Below, piece by piece: positions 47,941 through 61,870 of a stretch of DNA of 64,000 nucleotides (positions are counted from its first letter, which is position 1; each line of letters begins with the position of its first letter). Where the stretch lies: contig NC_135823.1 in the NCBI RefSeq assembly GCF_964213995.1, positions 1,178,001 through 1,242,000 of the forward strand, written 5' to 3'. This stretch comes from Mustelus asterias (lineage: Eukaryota). The translations under genes and the position numbers were made by a program. Under the pieces are notes generated by a model, which saw nothing but the letters and a program-made list of their open reading frames with translations, had not been told where the DNA came from and ran no database searches.

Positions 47941-49485
47941 TGACTTCCTTCCTCAGATCAATACAGCAAAACTGGACACAATACTGCAGGAGTGGCCTCA
48001 CAGATGCCCTGTATAAATCAGATAAAACATCCCATTCCTATTTCCAAATCCTCTTGCTATGAAGGCCAGCATGCCATTTGCCTTCTTTACTGCATGCAGT
48101 AACTTTGTCCCTACTTTCAGCGATTGATGCCCGAAGGCAACAAAGTCGCGCTGAATTTTCACCTCTCTCAATTTCGAGCCAGTCAAATAACAATCTGCCT
48201 TCCTATTTTTGTACCAAAGTGGATGATCTCACATTCATCCACATTATACAGCACCTGCCATGCAAATTCCCACATTACCAGAAGCTTTACTGTAAAGTGA
48301 ACCATCAGACCTTGACTCCAAAATGCTTGAAGGATATAAGTGGCAGGTGGGCAGAAGCTGTGTCAATGAATTACGTTTCAGTATCATCTTCAAGAGCGAG
48401 AGAGTCTGACGGACTGAAGGATAGAATTCCAGAGCTGAGGTCAGAGTCAGCTGATTACATAGCGGGCAATGTTGGAGTGATGGAAACTGATGGATATGAA
48501 AGAGACCAGAGTCGATCCCAATCTAATTTCCGGAGTAGTTAGGGCACACTGGATTGCTTTTCTGAATTTCGTTCCTGAGCCGTCGGCAGATAATCCACGC
48601 AGCTACATCCGTGCAATAGCGATGGAGCACTGCAATGTCATGATGTCGTTCGGACGGGGCATTCAGATTCGGCCCCGCCTGCCACTCTGGTGGAAAATTA
48701 AGTGCAAAATGACCCTATATCAAAAGAGAGCAAGGACAGGATTCTGGATAATATTTACTTGGTGTCAAGGAAGAGGCGATGGCCTCATGCTATTACTGCT
48801 GGAGTATTTAATCCAGAAATACAACTAATGTTCTCGGGACCAGTTTCAATTCCTGCCACGGCAGATATTTGCTGTGGAGTGGCGGAGGCTGAGGGGAGTC
48901 CTCATTGAAGCCGATACAATTATGAGAAGCATAGATAGGTTGACAACCAGAATCTTTTCCCAGAGTTGAAACGGCTCGTCCTTGGGATGAGCATTTAAGG
49001 TGAGACGGGAAATTGCAAAGAGGCTGTGAGCAGTAGGTTTTTTGCACAGAGAGTGACAGGTTTCTAGAAAGCGCTGACTGCGCTGGTGGTGCAGAGAGAT
49101 ATTTCATCGGGTCATTTCAGAGGCTTTGAGATCCGCCCATGAATATGCAAGGAGCAGAGGGATATGGAAGAAGGACAGGCAGAAGGGATACGTTTAATTT
49201 GGCGTCTTGGTGCACTGTTCTCTGTTCTAATATGGTCTAATTAAAAAAAGAATCTGAAATTCAGGATTTACTGATTATTGTCGATTGTTGGAAAACCCAC
49301 ATGATTCAATACTGCCCTTTGGGGAAGGATTCTGCCGCCCTGACCTGGTCTGGCCTACATTTCACTCCAGAGCCAGAGCAATGTCGTTGCCTCTCAACTG
49401 CCGCCCAAGGGCAAATAGGGATGAGCAATAAATGCCGGCCAGCCAACGATGGTCATGGCCCACGAATGAACAAAAATAATCATAA

Positions 49486-49731
49486 CTGAAAATTTGTCTT
49501 CGTGTCATTATCAAATTTCTGTTCTCGGGATTTTGTTTTGGGCACGTCTATTACCGAGTACAAAAGAAGAAACGTCACTGCAGTCCCAAATATGCTTTAC
49601 TTACTGGAAAGAACCATGAAACATTCTGTTCTCGTGGTTGTTTCTATAGTAAGCATGACTTCTATCATCTTACTGAAACATTGACAAACATGTCCTGTTG
49701 CAGACCACACAAAGTAAAGAGACAGTACTAA
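49486..49731 (+). pseudogene. Possible remnant TM exon plus short tail exon of an activating receptor (LKICLRVIIKFLFSGFCFGHVYYRVQKKKRHCSPK|PHKVKRQY*)
   Basis: Hydrophobic run with an Arg, ending VYYR plus a basic stop-transfer cluster; putative donor reads ATATGC (49590); acceptor tcctgttgcag at 49703; 5' end abuts a SINE-like repeat. Confidence 0.3.
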
Positions 49732-49914
49732 CAGCTTACATATCAGCCCTTCAATATCACGGATCTGCACAACTTTCAATTCCTATTCATATACCACAAC
49801 TGCATAAGATGCAAAGCACAGAAGGGGATCATTCGGCCCATTGGCTCGGTTCTGTAGTTAATATTCCATACATGCCTCACCATAATGCCTTTTCCTATCA
49901 CCCCATCAATACAT

Positions 49915-49930
49915 CATAGATATATAGATC

Positions 49931-49961
<31 letters not shown>

Positions 49962-49985
49962 GGATACATAGATAGATTGGTAGAT
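49915..49985. repeat. (GATA)n microsatellite
   Basis: Direct observation. Confidence 0.9.
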
Positions 49986-51767
49986 TGGTGTATAAATAGA
50001 TACCCTACAGTGCAGAAAGAGGCCATTTGGCCCATCGAGTCTGCACGGACGACAATCCCACCCAGGCCCTATCCCCATATCCCTTAATATTTACCCAATA
50101 ATCCCTCTAACCTACACATCTCAGGACACTAAGCGGCAATTTTTGCATGGCCAATCAACCTAACCCGCTCATCTATGGACTGTGGGAGGAAACCGGAGCA
50201 CCCGGAGGAACCCCACGTCGACACGAGGAGAATGTGCAAACTCTACACAGACAGTGATCCAAGTCGGGAATCGAACCCAGGTCCCTGGAGCAGTGAAGGA
50301 GCAGTGCTAACCACTGTGCTACCATGCCGCCCATCCTTTTTTTTCTCCCTGATGCCTCTCTTCTACTTTCATTTGTGACGTTCATCTCAGCCATTCCCTA
50401 TTCTAGTGTGTTCCACATTCTTCCACCTTATTCTGTCGGGTAAAATGATAGAAAATTCAGAAACCACGTACCAAACGCCTCTAAAACAGCATTTTCCCTG
50501 CTTGCCTGACAACACTGTTTTGGATCGACGTAACATATATTAAGCTGATCTTCATCTGCACCCGAGCTATGCCTGTAAATCTATATTCCGCACCCTCTCC
50601 TTTCCTTCTCCCCCATGTACTCTATGAATGGTTAGTTTTGTCCGCATAACGTGCAAGAAACAATGCTTTTCACTGCATAGCAATACACTTGACAATAATG
50701 AATCAAATAAAATCATAGAACATAGGTCATAGAATCCCCGCAGTGCAGAAGGAGGCAATGAGGCACATCGAGTCCGCACCAATCACAATCCCACTCAGGC
50801 CCTATCCCCGTAACCCCATGTATTTACCCTGGCAAGTCTGCCTGCCACTAGGGGCAATTTCACATGGCCAATCCAGCTAACCCACACATCTTTGGACTGT
50901 GGGTGGGAAGCAGTGCACCCAGAGGAAAACGACGCAGAGACGGGGAGAACGTGCAACCTCAACACAGACAGTGACTCAAGCCAGGAATCGAACCCAGGCC
51001 CCTGCAGCTGTGAGGCAGCAGTGCTAACCACTCTGCCACCGTGCCACCCCCACCGTGCCACCCCCAATATATGTGACAAAATTAAATCAAGTGTATGGAC
51101 TCTACGAACCGTATTTATTTTTTCTGTATAGCGCACAGGAAACAATAATTTTCACTGTTTCCTAATGCATGTGACAAAAATAAATCAAATAAATTCAAAT
51201 CAAATCAAATCATATTCTCCCCAATTTCCTGAATTCACCTTTGCATTTATTGTTCGCTACCTTAAACAGGTGGCCAATTCATTTGAAATCGTACATGTGT
51301 CCTTTCAACAATTTCATATTTGTAACCTCTATTTCCTTTCAAGCCTCAAGCTTCAATTCTTTAAGCGAAAAGGGATTCAGGCTATTCAATGTTCACTGAT
51401 CTTTAGGAGCTATCAGTTCTGCTGTACCAGTTCTGAAGTATTTAGAGTAACGTTCCTGTTGTCTCTTTATCCTTACCAGGTTTTGAAGAACCGTGCTTTG
51501 TTCCCCAAGTCTGGCCTAACTGCTCTGAGTAGGAATCTGTGGTATTTTGAAAAACATGCTGAGTGTGTACCAGCACTCTGACATTTAGTAAACAGGAAAA
51601 CAGCAGAGAGCTGTCTGCCTCGGTTCCATTTTTCAACCGCAATCGTGTATTTATTAATAAACACAGCGCAGAAATTTCACACCTCCCTCACACAGAGGGA
51701 ACAAGAGCGAGTTTTCATGTGAGATTCGCATCGGGGGCTCAGAGTCTCACCATCTGGGTCAAGGACA

Positions 51768-51810
51768 ATGAGTTTGCTCGGTGTCTGTGCATCGTTCCAT
51801 CTCTTACAAG
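51768..51810 (+). pseudogene. Orphan leader exon MSLLGVCASFHLLQ(G), 43 nt, phase 1
   Basis: acaATGA start, hydrophobic stretch, donor AAG|GTGAGA; lies in unique sequence about 170 bp before a duplication breakpoint; no downstream Ig exon found in the window. Confidence 0.45.
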
Positions 51811-54800
51811 GTGAGAGATCCTCTTACATTTAGTTAGAGTGCAGAATAATTTACATTGGCTGAGTAGCAATGAACAGTTTCCAATGCCAGTTTGGTCGGG
51901 AACCACAGAAAAAACAGGTGGAAGATGTTGGGTAATTGTAAGGAGTGAGATACCGAACGTGTTTTTTTTAATGCAAAAATAATAAGTATCAAAGATAATA
52001 TTCATTAGTGACAAGGAGGCTTACATCCACACTCCAATGATATTACTGTGAAAATCCCCTAGCTGTCACATTCCAGTACACAGCGGGAGAATTTAGCTCG
52101 ACCAATTCACCTAACCTGCATATCTTTGGACAGTGAGAGGAAACCGTGAACAGCCGGAGGGAACCCACGCAGACACAAGGGGAACAGACAAACTCCAGAC
52201 AGATAGTGACCCAAGCCGTGAATCGAACCTGAGTCACTGACGCTGTCAGGCAGCAGTGCTAAGTACTCTGCACTCTGCTCTCCAGAGTCCAAGCGCACAA
52301 ATGTCACGAGTAAACTATTAGTGAGATATCACAGCTGGCTGTGGATTGAGTAACGTTCCAGTCAAGAGTTTCGAGCGTTTGCTTTCCTGGGTTTTGAAGG
52401 CGCTGGTGCCAAGCTTCCAACATGACTTTGCTCACAGTTGGCGTTGTATTCCTTCACCGCAAATGTCTCCAATCCACCCAGGCCTGAACATTGTAATATA
52501 TTTTTCATTCACAAATGGTCAACATTAAAAAAAATCAAATTAATATTGGAAGCACAGAGCGATACTTAACGGGGGAGTGAGGGAATCACACCAAATTGGT
52601 TTTGGGTTTTCAATATCACAGAGTCCTAGAAATGGCTGAACCTGCTTTCGTTCCTGTAAAGGAAACGACTTCAGATAATCAAAACCAAATATCTGAAAGT
52701 CAAATTGCAATTTAAGAGTACTTGTGAAGCTTTATTGATCCTGATGTGGTTTAAAATCACTTAGTAAGACTGTAATACACCAGGCTCACTGATCTGGAGC
52801 AAGTAAATTGAAAAGGTCATTTAAAAACATCATTTGACTCAGTGCTGATCGACAGAACAGATGTCATTATCGGGATTTTAAAAAATCAAAGAATTACAGG
52901 CAATTGAGTCTATTGGTCGGGAAAATGTGGGAAAAAAATTCTGAGGGACAGAATTAATCTCCACTTGGGGTGGTAAGGATTAGTCAAGGAGATTCACCTT
53001 GGTTCAGTCAAAGTTAAATCGTGCCACACAAGTTCGACAGAATTCTTTGAAGAGGTGACGAGGTATGCAGATACGGGCAGTGCAGGTAATGTCATCTACA
53101 TGGACTTCAGTAAGGATTTTGAGCTAGTCCCACATGGGAGGCTGATGAAGAAGGTTAGAGGCCATGGGATCCAGTCATTTTTTCAACTGCAATAGTGGCG
53201 GGAGGCAGAGGGCGATGACATCTGTTTTTGTGAATGGAAGCCGGTGTCCATGTTGTTCCACAGGGATCAGTGCTGGATCCCTTTTTTGTTTATATTCTCA
53301 TTACTGATCTAATGAATGTTGGGGGTATGATAAATATGGTCGCAGATGACACAAACGTTGGTCGGGTGTACATAGCAAAAGGATTACAGGATTACTTAGA
53401 TTGTAAGATGTTATAGACGGGTTGATCAGATGAGCAGAACTGTGGGAAATGGAATTTAACTCTAAAAGTTGTTAGGTGATGCATTTTGGGAGCACCAACA
53501 AGGCAAGGTAATACACAATGAACGGGAGGATTCTAGGAAGTACAGAGGATCAGAGGGACTTTGGGGTGCATATCCATAGGTCTCTGAAGACAGCAGGACA
53601 GGTAGATGAGGCCGTTCAGGAAGCAGATGGGATAGTTGCATTTGTTAAACGGGGCATTGAATGTAATAGCAGGGAAGTTATGATGGAGCTCCATAAAATT
53701 GTTGCTGAGGGCATAGCTGGAGTACTGTGTGCACTTTTGGTCGCCACATTGTCGGAAGGAAGTGATTGGACTTGGGAAGGTGCAGAGGAGATCCACGAGG
53801 ATGTTGCTTGCTTTGGAGCTTTTTAGATCTGAAGAGGGACCGGATTGGCAAGCATTGTTTTGCTTGGAGCAAAGAAGGCTGACGGAGGACATGACTGAGA
53901 TGAAGAAAATTATGAGCGGATTAGTCAGGGTGGATAGGAAAGAGTTTTTTCTCCTGAGCAATGGACTCAATAACCGGGGGCATAGATTTTTACGAACTCC
54001 AGCCATCGATCCAAATTACTGACTCTCCCCAGATAGGACAAAGCTTGCCTGCCAGAAATCAGTCTATCGAAGTCTCAACTCGAAGGCAAATGCAGCTTTC
54101 CTCGGGAAAAGAGAACTACACGGCACTCAGTCTTCCTCGCATAATCTCAATGTTCTTTGTATTTGCAGTAACCATTCCTTGTTCCAGTTACCACTATAAA
54201 TCCCAACAATGAAATTGCTTTCCAAGTTGCTTGAGATACCTGCTGGTAAATGTTCTATGAATTCTATGAAATGTTCTGTGTGCCTTGCACAAGAACATGC
54301 AACCTATCAGAATCATAAAATCATTGAATCCCTACAGTGTGGAAAGAAGCCATTTGGCCCATCGAGCTGCACCTCCTGGCCGTATTAATGGAACCCCAGG
54401 TGTTTACCCTGATATTGTCCCTGACACTCAGTGGAAATTGAGCATGGTCAATCAGCCTAACCTACACATGTTTGGACTGTGGGAGGAAATCGGAGCACCC
54501 GCGGGAAACACACGCAGACACGGGAAAATCGTGCAAATTCCACACAGACTGCCAGCGAAGGCCTGAATCGAGCCCGGGGGCTGGCGCTGCGAGGCAGCCA
54601 TGCTAACTACTGTGCCACTGTGCCACCCATACTGGAATGTCCCAATCCTTCAAACATTAGAAATAACCTATTTTTTTCATTCCAGTGGTTAGTTTCGCAT
54701 TTTTGAAATTAATACTGCACGTGCCACTTACTTATTCAGTTAATGAGGGTTCGAGGTACAACGAATTTTGAAACACGTAACGACATGCCTGTATCATCAG

Positions 54801-57800
54801 GTGTTATCGTGATCTAATGAATATTATGAGTAAATATTCTGCTGAATTGAACTGAGTAGAGGGAGCCAGTATAGCTTCTTTAAAGTGGAACCCTGTCTGA
54901 TTAATATAATTGAAAATCTTAAGGGGGTCGCTAAACAGATAGGCAGGAGAGTCTCTGTGAATAGACAGCAGCACAGTAGTTAGCATGCGGATTAGAAACC
55001 GGAGCGGCTGCTCGGGTTTACTCCTATAGTCCAAAGTTTTGCAACTGAGGCTGACTCGTCATCGTAAATTGCCCCTTAGTGACAGGGGAATTCGGAAGGT
55101 AAATATGTGATTTTACATGGATAGGCCTGGGTGAGATTGTTGTCAGTGCAATCCCGATGGGTCAAATGGTCTTCATTGGCAATGGAGATTCAATGATAAT
55201 AGGCATGGTTCTCCCACAAGATCGTGAGCAACGTACACCATAACCCATTATTGTCAAACTCAACACTGCATGGAATAAACATTTTCAGATTATGGTTGGA
55301 ATTTGACTGAGGGGATGGGGTCAGAGGGTGTGGACAAAATGGTTAGCGGACTGTGACGAGTGCTCTTCATCAGTGATGATTAGATGCCTTTGGCATTTTG
55401 AATAATGATTCAGATAAAAATAAAAGACTTGAACATCTGCCTTTGGTAGAACTGTGTTTGAAGGGAACGTGAACACGTTGATGGCGGGATCAGTCATTGC
55501 CGAACAGACTCATACAGGTTGTGAAGCAGCTGGTTTTTATCGGGGGTTGGGTGTGGATGGTGGGGAGGAGGAGGGCGGTGGAGACAGTCTTTGTTCTCTC
55601 TTATGTTCCTGCGGTAGGTAGAGATGATTCTGATACTGGATGTTCATGTCTATCAACCGGTCATAGAAAAATAACAACAAATAAACTAGAAGCAGGAGTA
55701 GACCAGGAATGTCCTTCGAGCTTGCACTGCCACTCACTATGATCATGGCTGATCATCAAATACAATGCCCTTTAGAGATGGAAATCTGCCGTCCTTACCC
55801 GGTCTAGCTTGCATGTAACTCCAGAGCCACAGCAATGTGGTTGAGTCTCAACTGCCCTCGGGCAACTAATGATGGGCAATAAATGCTGGCCAGCCAGTTA
55901 CACCCATGTCCCAGGAATGAATAAAAAGAAAGTCGTTGTATATCTGGAGGTTAATCATGCGTGGTAATTATGTCAACGGCAATCATGGGGGCACACCCCT
56001 GTAATCCAGAAACTGCTATTTAAATGGGATTGTCTCTGAAATAAATTGATGTGCTTGATTTCCAGAACGGTAATGATAATTATCGATCCTTATTTATTTT
56101 GCCGACCAGCTCATATTAACGGGGAGTGTTTGGGTTATTCTGAACACAGTTGCTTTTACAGTTTCGATCTGAGAAAAGTTTTAGATCTGTGTCCGATCAG
56201 CATGTGTCACCTCTGGCACACACATTAGTTTTCAAAGTTTCCTTGTGTTGTCGAACCATGGCTTCAACAAATGCTCCATCAAGTTGCAATTCCTTGCATT
56301 TAACTGCCCCACCAATGTTGTGTAGAAAGTTAATATTTCAGGAAGCTCTCGTGCTATTGCACAAAGTTTTCTAAGGTTTTGCTTTCATAGTTCGGAAGGT
56401 CAACTTCTAAAACTCCTGCTAGACCTTCCAGTTTGCTCTACAACTTGTTTTTTTAAAAATAAATGTTAGGAAAACTGCAGGACATCGATTAAAGATGATT
56501 AACTGAAGCAGAAACAGCATAATTAAGTAAAATCCATTTAATTCCACAGAGCCAATGTTTAAGATCTGGCTTGCACTGTCTGACACTGTGATTGGGGGCC
56601 TCTTCAATCGAGGCTTTCCAATCAGAATTGGAACATTTTCTGATGCGAAGTAAATGCATTGCTCTTGGAAAAGTTATTGGTATGGAGCGAGTGATGCTGC
56701 TGTTACCAAAAAGACAAAGGAAATTAGGACGTTGGAAGACAGAAGCAAAAAGTGAAATTTCAACCCGTCGAGATGGCACTGATGTTCCACTAGATCCGGA
56801 ATGATTACCGACCACATCCGCACTTTCCAGCAGGATCTCAATTTCCCTTGATGTTATTCATCGCGAGAAGTCTAGTGGCTTCTGCCTTGAACGTTTCCGA
56901 TGACTCAATTTTGGAAATTCTCTCGTGTGGAATATTCCAAAGATTCATGATAATGAGTGGGTATATTCCTCGTCTTCCCTGTTCAAAATGTCCATTCCAC
57001 ATCCTGAGATCTTCCCCCCAGGTATTGACTCACCAACCACGGGGAACCTTATTCACATCCATCCTATTGCACACTGTCAGAGTTTTATCTGCAACAATGA
57101 GGGATCGCCTCATTCTTCAAAATTGTCAGCAATATGGGAGCTGCCTCATCAATGTCTCCACAAGTAAATCCCTATCCAAATCATTCATCTGCTAAACATC
57201 CATTGTACGACCTCTATGGAACTTACGTCAGAGCTGAGGGAAGAGGACCAGAACTGGACGCAAACTCCTGGCGAGGTATCAGCCCTATACAAATGCAGAA
57301 ATACATTCTTATAAGTGAAAAATAATCTCCTCGCGATTAAGTCCCCCAAAGCGTTGAAGGTTTCCGACTTGTTTACTGCAACTACATTCTGTAACTCATG
57401 AACAACGACACCGAGTTCTCGTTATGCAGTCGGAATTAACAATTCATCATTTGACATATAAACATAGAAAATAGGAGCAGGACGAGGCCATTTTGCCCTT
57501 CGAGCCTTTTCTATCATTAACCACCTCATGACTGATCGTCCAACTCAATAGCATAATTCTGCTTTCTACCTGTAACTATTGCTCCCATTCACCCCAATTG
57601 CGACGTCCAGCCGCTTCTTGAATACATTCAATTTTTTGGCATGACTACTTCCTGTGGCAATTAATTCCACAGGCTCACCAATCTTTGTTTGAAGGAATGT
57701 TTCCTCATCTCCGCCCTGAATGGTCTACCCCGAATCCCCAGGTTCTGGACTCCCCCAGCATTGGGAACATCCTCGCTGCATGTAACCGGCCTGGTCCTTT

Positions 57801-58504
57801 TAGAATGTTAAGAGTCTCTATGAGATTTCCCCCACCCCCTTCATCCGCCTGAACACCAGCGAAAACAATCCCAAACTAGTAAATCTTTCCTCATACATCA
57901 GTCCCGCCATCCCCCGAATTAGCCTGCTAAACCTTTGCTGCACTCCATCGAGAGCAACGATTACCTTCCTCAGAAAAGGAGACCGAAACTACACACATTA
58001 TTCAGGGTGTGGCCTCACCATGGCCCTGGAAAATTGCAACAACACATCCCTGCTACTTTACTTGAAACCTCTAGAAATGAATGGGGCGGCACGGTACCAC
58101 AGTGGTTAGCACTGCTGCTTCACAGCTCCAGGGACCTGGGTTCGATTCCTGGCTTGGGTCACTGCCTGTGTGGAGTTTGCACATTCTCCTCGTGTCTGCG
58201 TGGGTTTCCTCTGGGTGCTCGTGTTTCCTCCCACAGTCCAAAGATGTGCGGTTTAGGTTGATTGGCCATGCTAAAAATTGCCCCTTAGTGTCCCGAGATG
58301 CGTAGATTAGAGGGATTAGTGGGTAAATATGGAGGGATATGGGAGTAGGACCTGGGTGGGATTGTGGTCGGGACAGACTCGATGGGCCGAATGGCCTGTT
58401 TCAGCACTGTCGGGTTTCTATGATTTCTATGATGGCCAACATACCATTTCCATTCTTTATCGCCTGCTGCACCTGCCTCCTTACCTTCACCATCGAGTGT
58501 CCAA

Positions 58505-60090
58505 GGACCGAAAAGTGTATTCCCACGGACCTTGAGGGAAGCTAGTGTTGAACTTGCAGGGGCCCTGGCAGACATATTTAAAATGTCAGTATTCACGGGG
58601 GAGGTGCCGGATGATTGGAGGGTGGCTCACGTTGTTCCGTTGTTTAAAAAAGGTTGCCAAAGAAATCAGGGAAATTATAGGCCAGTAAGTTTGACGTCGG
58701 TGGTGGGCAAGTTATTGGAAGGTGTGATAAGGGATAGGATCTACAAATATTTGGATAGACAGGGACTTATTAGTGAGAGTCAATATGGCTTTGTGCGTGG
58801 TACGTCATGTTTGACCAATCCATTAGAGTTTTTCGAGGAGGTTACCAGGAAAGTGGATGAAGGGAAGGTGGTGGATGTTGTGTACCTGGATTTCAGCAAG
58901 GCCTTTGACAAGGTCTTTCATGGGTGGTTAGTTAGGAATGTTCAGTCGCTAGGTATACATGGGGAGGTAGTAAATTGGATTAGACACTGGCTCAATGGAA
59001 GAACGATGTGGAAGAAGCCAGAGAGTGGTTGTGGAGGATTGCTTCTCTGAGTGGAGGCCTGTGACTAGTGGTGTGCCGCAGGGATCGGTGTTGGGTCCAT
59101 TGTTTGTCATCTATATCAATGATCTGGATGATAATGTGGTTAATTGGATCAGCAAGTTTGCTGATGATACAAATATTAGAGGTGTAGTGGACAGTGAGGA
59201 AGGTTTTCAAAGCTTGCAGAGGGATTTGGACCAACGAGAAAAATGGGCTGAAAAATGGCAAATGGAATTTAACGCAGACAAGTTGGAGATATTGCGCATT
59301 GTAAGGACAAACCAAAGTAGAAGGTACAGGGTAAATGGTAGGACTCTGAAGAGTGCAGTTCAACAGAGGGATCTGGCAAAACAGGTACAGAATTCCCTAA
59401 AAGTGACGGCACAGGTGGATAGGGTCGTAAAGAGTGCCTTTGGTTCATTGGCCTTTATAAATCGGAGTATCGAGTATAAACGTTGGAGTGTTATGGTAAG
59501 GTTATATAAGGCATTGGTGAGGCCAAATTTGGAGTATTGTGTACAGTTTTCGTCACCTAGTTACAGGAAAGATGTAAATGAGGTTGAAAGAGTGCAGAGA
59601 AGGTTCACAAGTATGTTGCCGGGACTTAAGAAGCTGAGTTACAGAGAGAGATTGAATAGGTTGGGACTTTATTCCCTGGAGCGTAGAAGATTGAGGGGAG
59701 ATTTGATAGAGGTGTATAAGATTTTGATGGGTATAGATAGAGTGAATGCAAGCAGGCTTTTTCCGCTGAGGCGAGGGGAGAAAAAAACCAGAGGGCATGG
59801 GTTCAGGGTGAAAGGAGAAAAGTTGAAAGGGAATATTAGGCGGGGGGGGGGGGGGGGGGATTCTTGACGCAGAGAGTGGAGGGAGTGTGGAATGAGCTGC
59901 CGGATAAAGTGGTAAATGCGGGGTTTTAACATTTAAGAAAAATTTGGACGGTTTCATGGATGAGAGGGGTGTGGAGGGATATGGCCCAAGTGCAGGTCAG
60001 TGGGACTAGGCAAAAAATGGTTCGGCACAGACAAGAAGGGCCAAAAGCCCTTTTCTGAGCTGTAATTATCTATGGTTCTATGGTTCTATG
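58505..60090 (+). mobile_element. Young 5'-truncated CR1-like LINE, same subfamily as 1-1840
   Basis: ORFs 58532..59050 and 58995..59867 nearly match ORF 3..1265; (TATGGTTC)n tail; inserted within an older minus-strand LINE. Confidence 0.95.
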
Positions 60091-61870
60091 ACACCCAGAT
60101 CTCAATGCACACACTCCTCTCCCAATTTATAGCCATTCAGGTTGTAATCTGCTTTCTTGTTTTTGCTTCCAAGGTGAAGGACCTCACACTTGTTAAAATT
60201 ATACTGCATCTGCCATTGCCTTACCCACTTAGCAACCTGTCCAGATGATGCTGAAATATCTCTACATCCTCGTCACAGTTCATCTTTCCACCCACCTTGG
60301 TATAATCTGCAAACTTTGAGATGTTATGTTCTGTTCCCTCATCCAGATCATTGATAAATATTAGGAAGAGTTGGGGTCCCAGCACCGATCCCTGTGGCAC
60401 CGCACTGATTACTGTCGGCCAATTTGGAAAGGACCCATGAATTGCTACTCTTTGTTTCCTCTTTGCCAACTAGTTTTCTTTCCATCTCAATAAACTCCCA
60501 CCAATCGGTTGCACTTTAATCTTGCACGATAATCTCTTATACAGGACTTTGTCAAACGCATTCTGAAAGTCCAAATTTACCACATCGACTGTCCCCGCCT
60601 TGTCAACTCCAGTAGTGACGTCTTCAAAGAACTGCAACGGATTTGACAATCATGACTTCTTCATAAATCCATGCTGACTCTGTCTGATGCAGCCACTGCT
60701 TTCTAAATGCTGCAATATAAAATCCTTGATAATGGATTCGAAAATTTTCCCCACTACTGATGTTAGGCTCACGGGTCTAAATTACTTCTTTTCTCTCCAC
60801 CACTCTTCTGAATATTGGAGTGACATTAGCTCCCCTGCAATCCCCGTGGAGTGTTCCAGAATCTATGCAATCCTGAAAGATGACCACCAATCCATCCACT
60901 ATATCCAGAGCCACTCCTTAAGTACTCTGGGATGTAAACTATCAGGTTTCGAAGGTGCAGATTAAGAAACAATTTGCCTTTCTGTTATTCTTGTCGAAGT
61001 GAAAGTTGGCATTCAGGCCAATGGCCGACAACGGATTTTGCTATTCCGTGCACGTGAAATGACTCTAAATCGGAACGTTAGCATGGTTACAAAGAAACAA
61101 AGATAATAGAGGCTATTCTGCCTTTCAAGCCCGCTCCGCCATTCATTTTGATCATGAGATATCATCCAATTCAATATCCTTATGCCACCAACCCACATAT
61201 CCCTTATTTCCTAGAACCCCGAGGGTTATATCTAATTTCGTCTTGAAAGCACACAATGTTTTGGCCTCAGCCAGTTTCTGTGGTAGTTAATTCCACACAT
61301 TCACAACTCGCTGAGTGAATACATTTCTCCTCTCCCCAGTCCTAAAAGGTTTAACACTTTTCTTCAAAATATGACCAGTAGTTCTCGTCTCCCCTACCAT
61401 TGAGAACTATCTTTCTGCATCGACCCTATCTAACCCTGTGAGAATTGTTATCAATTTATAAGATATCCCTTTTCACTCTTCTAAAATCCAGTGAATGTAA
61501 CCCTGAACGACATAGCAGCTCCACATTTTTCATCCCAGGAATCAGACTGGTAAACTTTAGCTGTACTCCATCTGTTGCAAGGACTTCCTTCCTCAGATAA
61601 CTACAGCAAAACGGCAGACAATACTGCAGGAGTGGCCTCACAGATGCCCTGTATAAATCAGATAAAACATCCCATTCTTATTCACAAATCCTCTTGCTAT
61701 GAAGGCCAGCATGCCATTTGCCTTCTTTACTGCATGCAGTAACTTTGTCCCTACTTTCAGCGATTGATGCCCGAAGGCAACAAAGTCGCGCTGAATTTTC
61801 ACCTCTCTCACTTTAGAGCCAGTGAAATCATAATCTGCCTTCCTATTTTGTACCAAAGTGGATGATCTCA
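60091..61870 (-). mobile_element. Older minus-strand CR1-like LINE fragments
   Basis: VPQGSVLGPQLF, ISKFADY, LQYCLPF remnants. Confidence 0.8.

Noticed and set aside
48640-48690. FGRGIQIRP as a J segment (also about 62255)
   Set aside because: Lies in what appears to be a degenerate SINE core, with no RSS or splice donor.
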